Shown here one piece after another: positions 1-11,684 of a stretch of DNA of 64,000 nt (positions within the stretch are counted from its first letter, which is position 1; each line of letters begins with the position of its first letter). This DNA comes from Octopus sinensis (taxonomy: Eukaryota): NCBI RefSeq assembly GCF_006345805.1, contig NC_042997.1:24242001-24306000 (forward strand). Direction: 5' to 3'. Both the position numbers and the translations under genes were made by a program. The notes beneath the pieces were generated by a model. The model saw nothing but the letters and a program-made list of their open reading frames with translations. It did no database searches and was not told where the DNA came from.

Positions 1-255
1 ATGGTTTTTGATAAGCAGCGCTGATCTTTTACAATTCTGTAAATAACAATAATAAAAATAATAGTATTTATAAGCTTAAAGCTTATAAGCGATCACTGTG
101 TATGGACTAAAGAAAATAGTCTAATAATGGGGCATATTAGCCTTCGATGGTAAAAATTATGTTTTCCTGTACACATATGTAGGTGTGTGTGTATGTCTGT
201 GTGTGAGCGTGCATGTGAGTTTATGTGTGTATAAACATACATATTTCTATATATA

Positions 256-682
256 TACTCTTTACTCTCTTTTACTCTTTTACTTGTTTCAGTCATTTGA
301 CTGCAGTCATGCTGGAGCACCCCCTTTAGTCGAACAAATCGACCCCGGGACTTATTCTTTGTAAGCCCAGTACTTATTCTATCGGTCTCTTTTGCCGAAC
401 AGCAAAGTGACGGGGACGTAAATACACCAGCATCGGTTGTCAAGCAATGCTAGGGGGACAAACACACACACACAAACACACACACATACATGCATATATA
501 TATATATATACATATATACGACAGGCTTCTTTCAGTTTCCGTCTACCAAATCCACTCACAAGGCATTGGTCGGCCCGGGGCTATAGCAGAAGACACTTGC
601 CCAAGATGCCACGCAGTGGGACTGAACCTGGAACCATGTGGTTAGTTAGCAAGCTACTTACCACACAGCCACTCCTGCGCCT
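256..682 (-). mobile_element. SINE group A (tRNA-like head + CORE-like segment + internal TA/TG microsatellite + (GAGTAAAA)n tail), full length
   Basis: Minus strand reads GGCGCAGGAGTGGCTGTGTGGTAAG (A-box-like) ... GGTTCAGTCCC (B-box-like) ... CTTGGGCAAGTGTCTT (CORE-like) ... AAATGACTGAAACAAGTAAAAGAGTAAAAGAG. About 16 similar copies occur in the window. Confidence 0.9.
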
Positions 683-2207
683 ATATGTGGATATGGTTAA
701 TGCAAATAATACATGTATATATAAATATCCTTTATATTTAAGCATATTGTTTAGTTTGTTTTGTTGCTAATTTTTTTAAAAATTTGAAATCGGTGTCAAT
801 CAATATTACTGAAGAACGAATAAATAAACGTTCTTTTTAACCCAAGTTCGAAACCTCATTTTTTAATCCTCCATCAGATATCTGACTATCGTATTGTGCA
901 ATACAAGACATATTCTAAATGTCTCGGAATTAACAATAGCCTTGAAACCGTATCTTTTCTTCAACTATTTCATTGCTATTATGCTTAATGGAGTGTTTAA
1001 AACTCATCCGAGAATCTTTCCGTCGTATTATGGTCTAAATAACAAGAGCAAAATTAACAACTATCATCATCATCACAGCAACAACAAAAATAGTACTAAT
1101 AAGAACAACGACAACAATAATAATGATAAAATATAAATATCGCTATAAATATTATTAAACAAAAATAAATACATCGGAAAAAGAAAATAACACAATAAAC
1201 CAAACAAAATCGTTCAGGAAAAAAAATAATAATAATAAATGTTACAAGCACGAACACAACAAAAATTAATCAAAAAAAAAAAAAAAATTCACAAAAAGAC
1301 CAATAATAATACGAAGGAAAAAAATAAAAACAAGAACTATTGATTGCCTCGGCATTTACTCGCTTTTATATAACAAATGCAGAATTAATTCAGTTTACCA
1401 CAAAACCAGCGTGTTTATCTGGACGCACTGATAAAACAGAAGTTATTTGGCGAATATATTAATGTCATTCTACATTAGCATTTGGCAATTGCGTTCGTCT
1501 CGCAGCAATTTCCAGACGAAACTTTTAAGGCAATATTCTTTGCTTGTCGTTGTTGATGATATTGTTCGTGTTCTTGTAGCATCTACTACGTGCTGCTGCT
1601 GATGCTGCTGTTGCATCTGCAGCTGCTTTAGCTGCTGCTGCTGCTCCTGCTGCTGCTGTTACTACTATTCCTAATGATGATGATGATGATGACAGTGATG
1701 GCGAGTCTCAGTATTGCTATTTTTTCTTTGTTGTTTAGTTTTTTTATATTTTTGTTTTGTTTCGTTTTAGTTGATTTTCCTTCGTGATTTTTTGGGATTT
1801 ATTCTTTTTTTTTATATTAATTTTATTTGTTTATTGTCTGTTTGTCTTTTATTATTATTATATATATTTTTTTTTTTGCATTTTTATCACTTTTATTGTT
1901 TTGGTTGTTGTTTTGTGTCGCTGTTCGTTTTTGCTGAAATACTTGTAGTTATTTTTCTTTTATTTTTAAGTATAGAATAAAATGAAAAATCGAAGAATTT
2001 AGAATGACAAAATGACAAGAACGAAAGGCAGAAAGCAAAGACAGAAACAAACACACAAACAAGACGTAGAAGAAAGTTTAGAAGAAATAAATAAACAACG
2101 AACGAAGTAGGAATGAATAAAAGAAATAAAGAACGAAAGATAAAAAAAGATGAAATGAATAAAAATGTAAAGGAAGGAATAAATAGAACGAAAGAAAGAA
2201 AGAAGGA

Positions 2208-2243
<36 letters not shown>

Positions 2244-3372
2244 AGGAAAGAAAAAAGGAAGAAGGAAAGAAAGAATGTTTAAAGATCAAAGCAAAAGATG
2301 AACATATGTAAGAAACGAATGTGTATTTGACAATAAGATTTAAGCTTTCATTCAAGTTTTGATGCCTTCGAGTAGTTTGGTTGTACTGAGAGAGAAAAAA
2401 AGCAATACAAGAAATGAAAATAAATAAATAAATATATATATAAATAAATGCTAGATATTTTATTCTGCAATGTAGTGCGATTTCTTTTATTTAAATATCT
2501 ATTAATTTATTTATTCGCTTATTTAGTTATACATCTATTTATTCATCTCTTCCATTATTACATCATTTGATATAGAGAAACGAAGAGTATATTATTCATT
2601 TTTTTAATATTTTCTCTTTTTCTTGTATATATAAATGTACATGCACAAACATACACATCTACAAATGCATTCATATATATATATATATACACATATGTAT
2701 GTGTGTGTGTCTGTGTGTATGTATATGTATAAATGCATATATATGCATGTGTGCATATGTGCATACACGTTCACATGCATACACACACGCGTATACATAT
2801 GTATATTTGCATGAATATGCGTCTATGTATGTATATATGTATAATGTAATTTTCCATTGTTTTCCCTCGATATTCGAATATATAGATTACCATTTATACA
2901 GATATGCATGTTTTTGTGTATATATTGATTGTTGATTAAAGTACAAAGATTGATAGTCATAAAGGAGAAAACTACAATGTGAAAAAAATATTTTAAAATA
3001 TATATTATAGAAATAATCAGATGTTTGCATTTAATGTTTTATTATAGATAACAATGTTCATTCATCGATTTACCTTCAAACGTTATCATGATTGGTATAG
3101 TTTGAGCAGTGGCGGGCATAATCAGTAAATATTCGAACAAACGACTTAGCAGTATTTAGTCGCATCCCTTTACATCTAGAGTTCAAATTCGGCAGAAGTT
3201 GACTTTGATTTCGATATCTCGGGTTGTAATTTGAATTAACATTCAAAGGCCGGGATCGAGTACATCAATTATACCCTTGCTCAAAAATGTGAGACCATGT
3301 TTTTATGTTAGAAACTATTTCTATGTTTTTGTGAAAAAATTATAAATCAGTTTATTTTTGCTGTTGCTGTTG

Positions 3373-3723
3373 AGCGAAGCGGTCTTCGTCCTCTTGGGAG
3401 AAGTCCGAAACGTGGTCCTTTGCTATTCGTAAGACTCGCAGAAGAGAAAGCAGGTCAACCCCCGACACCGAGAGCATCGACGGATTGATGAATGCGCATC
3501 CAGTCTCAGCGGTTGCGTAGGAAGTCGGGAACAGGAAGAAAGAGTGAGAGAAAGTTGGGGCGAAAGAGTACAACAGGGGTCGGCACCACCCCCTGCCGGA
3601 GCCTCGTGGAGCTTTTAGATATTTTCGCTCGATAAACACACACAACGCCCGGTCTGAGAATCGTAACCACGATCTTCCGACTGCGAGTCCGCTGCCCTAA
3701 TCACTGGGCCATTGTGCTTCCAC
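3373..3723 (-). mobile_element. SINE group C head with tail type 2
   Basis: The head GTGGAAGCACAATGGCCCAGTGATTAGGGCAGCGGACTCGC matches 18403 and 57553. A 15-bp TSD TTGCTGTTGCTGTTG lies at 3358-3372 and 3724-3738. Confidence 0.85.
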
Positions 3724-6029
3724 TTGCTGTTGCTGTTGGTGTCCTTGTTTCTGTTGCTGTTACTCTTACCTAGAAAAGTGTTCCAAGTGCTACAGAATAA
3801 AGCTAGGTTCCCAACCGACCAGCCAATATACGACCCAGGAATGACTCCAAATTTGAACGTTCTATTTTAAATTATTCTGATAAGAATGTTGGACAATGCA
3901 GAAATACAATTTTAGATTTTTCTTTTCTTTCTCTGTTACATAACATTGTGTTGTTAAAATATGATCGCTCGGTCGGAATGTATCATTGGGACAGTTGACA
4001 TGAACAGGCACAGATGTTTTACGTAAATTCTAAACGGTATATTTCACTTTCTTTTAAAATCAGAACTAGTGACTTTATTTCGCTTCACTTGTAGAATGCA
4101 AAACTGGTTCTTCAGAAAAATTTAGGAGTAAATGGCGAATCTGTAGAGCATTGGACAAAGTATCTTATCGTATTACGCCACATCAATTCATGTCAAGACC
4201 AAATCCCGCTCAGGTCTAATTTGCTTTACATACTTAGAAGTCGATATTCTAAGTTTCAATTACGTTAGTGTTGATATAAATGAATATCCCTTTGTAACAT
4301 TATTCCAACATGACCATAGTCCAATGAATAAAACTACTAAAAAAGAATAATTCATTTATATTTTTTCAGGTTTAAGATTTTAGAATAAAAACTTGCTTTT
4401 TAAACAGTGTCGTGTAAACCAGGAAAATTTCTTGTTGCCCAAACAGGAATAAGGGGAGGAGTGAAGCAAGATTAAAAGAAAATAAAGAAATATTTCTGCC
4501 CACCTGAACATACAACTTTGTTTTGATTCATATTTTTTATTGGATTTCCGGACTAATTGTGATGAGGTTCCACTGGATTCCGCACTGCAGAAGTAGTAAA
4601 GAAACTGGAATGATCGACTTACTATATAGATTATTTGAAGCGTTAGGACAAATATTGTTAACATATCCATTACCTCCCACCTCTGTTCCTATTTTTTTTT
4701 TGGTTCCTTCTTGCGAAATATCTTTGTCTCGGTCTCAAACCTTGTTCAGACTTCATTAGAAAAACAAATCTCTATTATTCAGGAAGTGCATTGATTTTTA
4801 GCTATCACATCAAAGTGGCCTGTGAATGCCCAATACTGAAACAGCACTTCTTGTTATATACCAAGTATGATCTAGGACTAAACAGCAGCAACAACATGGT
4901 ACTGTGTCTATGTAATATTTCAGTTCACAACTCCTTAAATATAAATGAACACTACTTGTGTTCACAATTCAACAATGCACTTTTAGAATATCGTTTATCA
5001 TCGATACAGCAGCTGTCATTGGCTTTCTCTTTGTCAGTTACTGTCATTCTAAGTTATAGGTCCGTATCTTGCCGTTCGTATTTCTCCAACATTCTCTCGT
5101 TCTTATACAAACCTCTTACTATTTACTCTCTCCCCCCCTCTCTCTGTTTCGCCATACACACACATCCATATTTAGCATTTTCCTATACGTTCCACAAGCC
5201 TATTAATAAGTTTATGCAAAGAAATTTATCTGCATCACAGAAGACCAAGGATGGGTTATGCAGTCTTGCTTCATAAATACCCAAATTTCCAACTGAGGCC
5301 TTTGTAAGTATAACGAAATGACGCATTGGTAAATGCTTCTGCGCAGATATGAAGCAGGGATTACTACTGCGTGATATGAATTGTTTTATCCAAACTTCAA
5401 GATTATAAATGATAGATATCATTTACTATAAGTAAAGTGGCCGAATTATTTTCTGGGTATTCTATATTTCATGGAACTAGGCCATGCTAAGAAAATAAAG
5501 ATCGCTATAAGATATATATGACTGTGTAGAGCCTCCGAGAGTGGAGGTCCACCCGGTACTTTGTTCCGGGACCCAAATGCTAAGGCGGGACCCTCAGTAA
5601 CCATGAAACATCCATCCTTCTCTAAAACAAGAACTTTCTAATATCCTCGGCCTGATATACACAATTACATTCACATACACAAACATCACTATACTTATCT
5701 CAGCACACTTCTTTTTATTAGTATTTAGTAATGATTATTGTAGGTCTAGATAACAGCAAAAGTGTCTACTTACAGCCCGGGGCCCACAAAGAGGTCTTGT
5801 ACTGCCTTGAAAAATTTCTTTTCTAGGCCCTGTGAATGTTTGTACTAGGCGTATGGCCTTGGTGATGAAGCCAGTCTTGAAGCGTTCATTTATCCGTTCT
5901 CTATGTTTCTCTACTCAGTGTTTGCTTCTAAGCCTAATGTGTGAGGTATATTAGTATAGAGACTGGTGACATCAAAACTCGCGAGTATAGTACATTTTGC
6001 AATAGTGGGAGGGATGTATTGGATGAAAT

Positions 6030-6290
6030 CTATGCCATCTGTACATAACTGAGTATTAAAGGGCACAAATGTTTTAGGAGTATATCTAAAAAATGACTTA
6101 GTTGTTGTGTTGGCGCTTGAGGTCCAGCAACTATTGGTCTTAGTTTGAGGTCAGCAGGCTTTAGTATATTTACGTCCTGGTGCTTCTGCTTATTTATGAC
6201 ACTTTGTATTTCGGAGCTTTTGTGGATTTTGGGTAATTCGTAGAAATTGCTTTCTTTGATTACAGTTGCATACGTAACCTTTCTCCTTAT
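6030..6290 (-). pseudogene. Penelope-like element reverse transcriptase fragment
   Basis: The translation NFYELPKIHK...LRPIVAGPQAPTQQLSHFLDILLKHLCPLILSY matches the PLE RT FYxLPKIHK/LRPIV signature. Confidence 0.8.
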
Positions 6291-6322
6291 ATGTATATAT
6301 ACATACATACATATATGCATAC

Positions 6323-6452
6323 GTATGTATGTATGTATGTATGTATGTATGTATGTATGTATGTATGTATGTATGTATGTATGTATGTATGTATGTATGT
6401 ATGTATGTATGTATGTATGTATGTATGTATGTATGTATGTATGTATGTATGT
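6323..6452. repeat. Pure (TATG)n microsatellite, about 32 units
   Basis: Uninterrupted tetranucleotide run. Confidence 0.95.
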
Positions 6453-6544
6453 AGATAAAACTTACTTGGAAATGGATGCGTGGCGTTCGATCATATAATA
6501 ACATAAATAATATACAAACATATGCATATATACATACACATATG

Positions 6545-6810
6545 TACATACCTACATCTATATGTATATATACATGCATATATGGGTACAGGACACCAAA
6601 ACAACGTTGAACACAATGAGAAACGAAAACATAAAAACAAAAACATGGAAACGAACTTTTTTTGAAACAACGAAAAAACAGCGTACAAGACATACCCTGA
6701 TTCATCTAGTCCGCTTCTCGAAGGTAAGGACAAGACGCGACTTCGTTGAAACAATCCTTCCCGCAAAGCAAATTAAATAAAATTTGGGATTTTTGCGGAA
6801 GGGTAAAAGT
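6545..6810 (-). mobile_element. Unclassified microsatellite-anchored repeat (family F); related copies at 13425-13575 (+) and 54000-54260 (-)
   Basis: GTTTTCGTTTCTC..TG.GTTC.ACGT....TGGTGTCCTGTAC is shared with 13500-13550. CCCGCAAAGCAAATTAAATA..TTTGGGATTTT(T)GCGGA is shared with 54209-54250. Confidence 0.65.
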
Positions 6811-7716
6811 AGCAACAAGAACAGGACAGTGAAAACAAAACAAGACAGTAAAAACAATACAAATAAAAACAGTAAAAGACTGGACATGTATGTATATAAT
6901 ATTATGTCAAGTATTTGTGCAATACGTCCTTTTCAAGGGGCTCCATTTAATTGAACAAAGCAATATTAGTATAAGGGCTAGAGGATGAAAGAATTTTTAT
7001 GTTGCCTCTATTGCAGCAAGAATAAGATAAGAGAAGAACAACTATAATGTTGGAGCCAGCTCTGAGCCGTCAACTCACAATGCTCTTTATCCTCAACTCC
7101 TGTTTCTTATTTTGATTTTACTCACCTTACTTTGAGCTGTGCGGATAACACAGAGAGACTTGGTGTCTCAACTTTAGTACTTAATCCAACTGAATCTTAA
7201 TTTTTTTTATATATATATATATTCATATTTATAACAATGATTTGATATTACACTGAAGGCGTAAACTTCGAAGTCACTCTCAACCTTTTCCTACTAAAAG
7301 TCACGTAATAAATGTGTGCATGTGCCTGTGTCTGTATTTATATGCGTCAGTGTGTATGTGTGTGTTTATGTGGGTGCATATGCTTCTGCGTGTGTATACA
7401 AAGTGTGTATATGGGCGTGTATACGGGCGTATCTTACTGTCATTTTCGTCAGGCCAATGTTAAGTGTATCTATATTAGCATGGAAGTCAAAAATATATAA
7501 TTTTCTTGTCTCTTTGAATTGTGCTCAAAATTTACTAACTCATAATTATATTCTCGCAACTCGTACGAAATATCCGTCTATATCCAATACACGCATACAC
7601 ATAGGGGTGTCCGTTTGTATGTGCGTATATTTGTGTGTGGATTTAAATGCGAGAAATAGTCACTATTAAACTCGATCCGCGATTGCGCTTAATCGGACCT
7701 TCACCGCATGAGGAAG

Positions 7717-7950
7717 GTAAGGAGCTGGCAAAAACGTTAGCACGCCGGGCGAAATGCTTTGCGGTATTTCGTGTGCCGCTACGTTCTGAGTTCAAATTCC
7801 GCCGAGGTCGACTTTGTCTTTCATCCCTTCGGGGTCGATTAAATAAGTACCAATTACGCACTGGGGTCGATATAATCGACTCAATCCGTTTGTCTGTACT
7901 TGTTTGTCCTCTCTGTGTTTAGCCCCTTGTGAGTAGTAAAGAAATAGGTA
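7717..7950 (+). mobile_element. SINE group B (tRNA-like head, Meta-domain-like centre), full length
   Basis: GAGCTGGCAAAAACGTTAGCACGCCGGG ... GAGTTCAAATTCC (B box) ... TTTCATCCCTTCGGGGTCGATTAAATAAGTACC ... AGTAAAGAAATAGGTA. Confidence 0.9.
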
Positions 7951-8233
7951 AGGGATATAATGACTCTAGACGTTGTGAACGATGTAAGAACTTCGACTGT
8001 CTGAAATTCACCAAAGGGTTACACTTTGAAATTCACTATATAAAGGAATCAATCCTTTCTATCATCTACAATATCCGATATTCTACGGCCTCGAATTTAG
8101 AAATAGCAGTCAAAGAGTTATAACTATTTCTTCTACTAAAAAGGGAGATCTCAGTAAAAACAGCAATTGGAAGGCAGACACAAACAGGTAAGAGAGAATG
8201 AATTGACGGCAATCTATCATACAATTTTAAGTT

Positions 8234-8333
8234 NNNNNNNNNNNNNNNNNNNNNNNNNNNNNNNNNNNNNNNNNNNNNNNNNNNNNNNNNNNNNNNNNNN
8301 NNNNNNNNNNNNNNNNNNNNNNNNNNNNNNNNN
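8234..8333. other. Assembly gap (100 N)
   Basis: Exactly 100 N, the usual placeholder for a gap of unknown size. Confidence 0.99.
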
Positions 8334-8612
8334 AAGACGGACGAAGTTCCGCTATGTACTTTGCCTGGCGTGCTAACAATTCTGATTCGTCGTCTATTTT
8401 TTCTGCTAATATGTTCCAAAAATATTGTATTGACATAATCGGCAGAGCATGAGACTAACAACATTTAGGTATTAAGTTATCCGATTTTTAACTCGATGAT
8501 CGACTTCATCTTTGATTCTTCCAGGAATCTTAAAATGAGAAGCATTCTAACGCTGAGGATAATGGTAATCGTCAGTTCTTGTTTCATTACTTATGGCGTT
8601 ATGGCTACGTAA

Positions 8613-9101
8613 AGGTGCATGGCTCTGTGGTTAGAACATCGGGGTCACAACCATGAGGTAGTGAGTCCGATTCACGGATCGGGCTGTGTTTCGTTCTTGA
8701 GCAAGACCCTTTATTTCATGTTGCTCCAGTTCATTCATGTTTAGAAATGAGTTTTGACGTCACTAGTGCCAGCTAAGCTGTATTGGTTTTTGCCTTTCCC
8801 TTGGCTAACATTGGTGGCATGGAGAGGGGACGTTAATATGCATGGACAACTGCTGGTCTTCCATAAACTACTTTGCCAGATCTTATACCTCAGAGGGGAA
8901 CACTGCTCAACTGGTACATATTGGTACTGTGGCCATGCTGGGGCATCGCCCTTAGTCGAACAAATCGACCCCGGGACTTATTCTTTGTAAGCCTAGTACT
9001 TATTCTATGGGTATCTTTTACTGAACCGCTAAGTGACGGGGACATAAACACATCAGTATCGGTTGTCAAGCAATGATAGGGGGACAAACACAGACACACA
9101 A

Positions 9102-9180
<79 letters not shown>

Positions 9181-9310
9181 CATTTATATGACGGGCTTCT
9201 TTCAGTATCAATATATCAAATCCACTCACAAGGCTTTGGTCGGTACTAATTAGGCTTTAGGTAGCAATCTCATGTTCATTCATGACCGAAGCGGGGTTTT
9301 GCCCTTTACT
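8613..9310 (+). mobile_element. SINE group D, interrupted by a SINE A (8926-9243)
   Basis: tRNA-like head followed by TTCTTGAGCAAGACCCTTTATTTCATGTTGCTCCAG, as at 44335-44375. The sequence after the SINE A (9253-9310, CATTCATGACCGAAGCGGGG) looks like the continuation of the tail. Confidence 0.65.
8926..9243 (-). mobile_element. SINE A, partial
   Basis: Internal SINE A sequence lacking both termini. Confidence 0.85.
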
Positions 9311-9693
9311 CTATATCCATGTTAGAAATCTGTAGAAGTGATATAATCCTAATAAGCTTTTTAATTGACGACGAAGTAGGGAAATGCGATCCTCGCCTCA
9401 GACCACCAAAAAGACTCACGTGGTGCTCAATTTCACAGCATGACTAAATACAACGTTATGAAGTTGTATGTTATTTGTTCTTAAGGATAGTTGTGTTGTC
9501 AATAGTCATTTATCACAACGCAACATGTACACATATACATAGTTACGCATGTATACATATATATATATAACACAAGCAAACGGAGAAATAGATACATATA
9601 CTTCTATTATTTTATATGTTTCAGTTATATGTATGTGTGTTTTACGCATAAATATGTATGTGCGTATGAATGTACGTATGTATGCACGTATAT

Positions 9694-9773
<80 letters not shown>

Positions 9774-9830
9774 GTGTGCGTGTATGTATGTATATAAACA
9801 TATATTATGTGATATATAGACGTATATAAG

Positions 9831-9868
<38 letters not shown>

Positions 9869-10021
9869 ATATACGCAACAATGTTTACATGTAGGTATAT
9901 ATGAATATAATGCAAACAGACATATGGTGTAGATGATGTTAAGAAGAATATTAAAAACATGCAGTATGAATTACAATGCTTTAGTTAAAAAACCCCAGAT
10001 GCAATTAAACTATATATGATA

Positions 10022-10140
10022 CTAGCAGTATATCCCAGCTTTGGCCGGGATTAAGTTAGGATTATTAAGCTAATCAAGTTCTTATTCAAACCAAACTAAG
10101 TAACAGCGGCGTCAAATTTGTGCGAAATCCGTTGAAATTT

Positions 10141-10174
<34 letters not shown>

Positions 10175-10210
10175 GGAACTCACACATACAAACATATACA
10201 CACACGTATG
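10022..10210 (-). mobile_element. Non-autonomous Helitron 3' end
   Basis: Minus strand reads hairpin CCCGGCCAAAGCTGGG, then ATATACTG, then CTAG|T, the canonical Helitron 3' terminus. The 5' end was not located. Confidence 0.7.
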
Positions 10211-10634
10211 TATGTACTCCTATTGCATACAGGTTTTTTGTAAGCATACATGTTCGTGTGTGTGTTGCCCGTATATCAACAAAACACAATTTTTGTCGAT
10301 GGAAAAAAAAAAAACAATAAAAGTCTTAACAAAAACTTACTCATCCGTAGAAGGGGACTTAACTCCTGTTTCCAAACAATGGTGATTTCTTCGACTTGGA
10401 AATTGTTAAAATTTTGGGTTGAAAATTTATTTTTACTGCTATTCGCTGGTGCCTCTAGGAAAAATAAGTTGAGAAAATACAGCTAGAGACATAACGAATG
10501 TCCTCCTAAAATTGGAGGACTAAAGTAATAATCCCTCGGATTATTATTTGTTCCAGTCTATTGTTCACTTCTTGTGATTGCAATGCTTTATCAACCAAGC
10601 GGAGCTAGAAATTTCAATGAAAGGACTAGAACCA

Positions 10635-11684
10635 TAAGTTTCTCTATGTCACTTCACTTATGGACACATATTTTAGGAAAAAAAAGCAATGTTCTGCTTC
10701 TTGTTTAGTTATTGATAAGTACTTGCTAGTAAGGCGTATTATTGCCTGCATTCCAACCATGGGCATTCAATCTATATATGCTTGAGAGATTGACCATGAA
10801 ATATACTACATTATTTGACGAAGTCAGATATTTTTTAAGACATTAGAATATGGTTCGAGGGAAATTTTGCTGCTGACTTTAGCAGATCTACGAATTGTAC
10901 GTGTGTGTGGTGTTTGAGTGTGTGTGAGTGTTTGAGTATGTGTGTGAGAGTGTTTGAATGTGTGTGTGTGTATGTGTGTATGTGTGTGTGCGCGGCGCGT
11001 AAAATATATATAATTTCTTTTGAAGAGCTCGACCTGCTAAAGTCAGCAGCAAAACAGGCACAGGAGTGGCTGTGTGATAAGTAGCTTGCTTACCAACCAC
11101 ATGGTTCCGGGTTCTGTCCCACTGCGTGGCACCTAGGTGTCTTCTACTATAGCCCCGGGCCGACCAAAGCCTTGTGAGTGGATTTGATAGACGGAAACTG
11201 AAAGAAGCCTGACGTATATATGTATATATATATATGTATGTGTGTGTATATGTTTGTGTGTCTGTGATTGCCCCCCCCCCCAACATCGCTTGACAATCGA
11301 TGGTGGTGTATTCATGCCCCGTAACTTAGCGGTTCGCAAAAGAGACCGGTAGAATAAGTACTAGGCTTACAAAGAATAAGTGCTGGGGTCGATTTGATCG
11401 ACTAAAGGCGGTGCACCAGCATGGCCACCGTCAAATGACTGAAACAAGTAAAAGAGTAAAAGAGTAAAGAGTAATGTCTTAAAAAATATATGTGACTTCG
11501 TCAGATATTGTAGAATATTTCATGTTCAATCTTTCAAGCATATATAGACTGGATGGCCATAGTTGGAATGCATGCAATAAAACTCCTTACCAGTGAGTGC
11601 TGATCAATAAATAAACAAGAAGCAGAACATTGCTTTTGTTTCCTAAAATATGTGTCCATAAGTGAAGTGACATAGAGAAACTTA
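10635..11684. repeat. Long inverted repeat, arms about 210 bp (10635-10845 and 11472-11684)
   Basis: TAAGTTTCTCTATGTCACTTCACTTATGGACACATATTTTAGGAAA...TTTTTTAAGACATTA recurs as its reverse complement, roughly 85% identical by eye. Confidence 0.9.
11056..11471 (+). mobile_element. SINE A
   Basis: Head through (GAGTAAA)n tail. Confidence 0.9.

Noticed and set aside
447-770. Recurrent ORFs such as ...RQASFSFRLPNPLTR... and ...LRSEFKFRRGRLC...
   Set aside because: They are read-throughs of SINE A and B consensus sequence, repeated wherever the SINE occurs.
1590-1720. Protein-like AAADAAVASAAA...DDDDDDSDGE stretch
   Set aside because: It is a decayed (GCT)n/(GAT)n microsatellite with no convincing splice sites or extended frame.
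4440-5810. Possible hAT transposase traces (FIGF...STG..AEVVKKLE) and a hAT-like MITE at about 5524-5810
   Set aside because: The motifs need several frameshifts and the TIRs are too degenerate to support a call.
8066-8464. ORFs spanning the N run
   Set aside because: Artefacts of translating through the gap; the two sides may not be contiguous.
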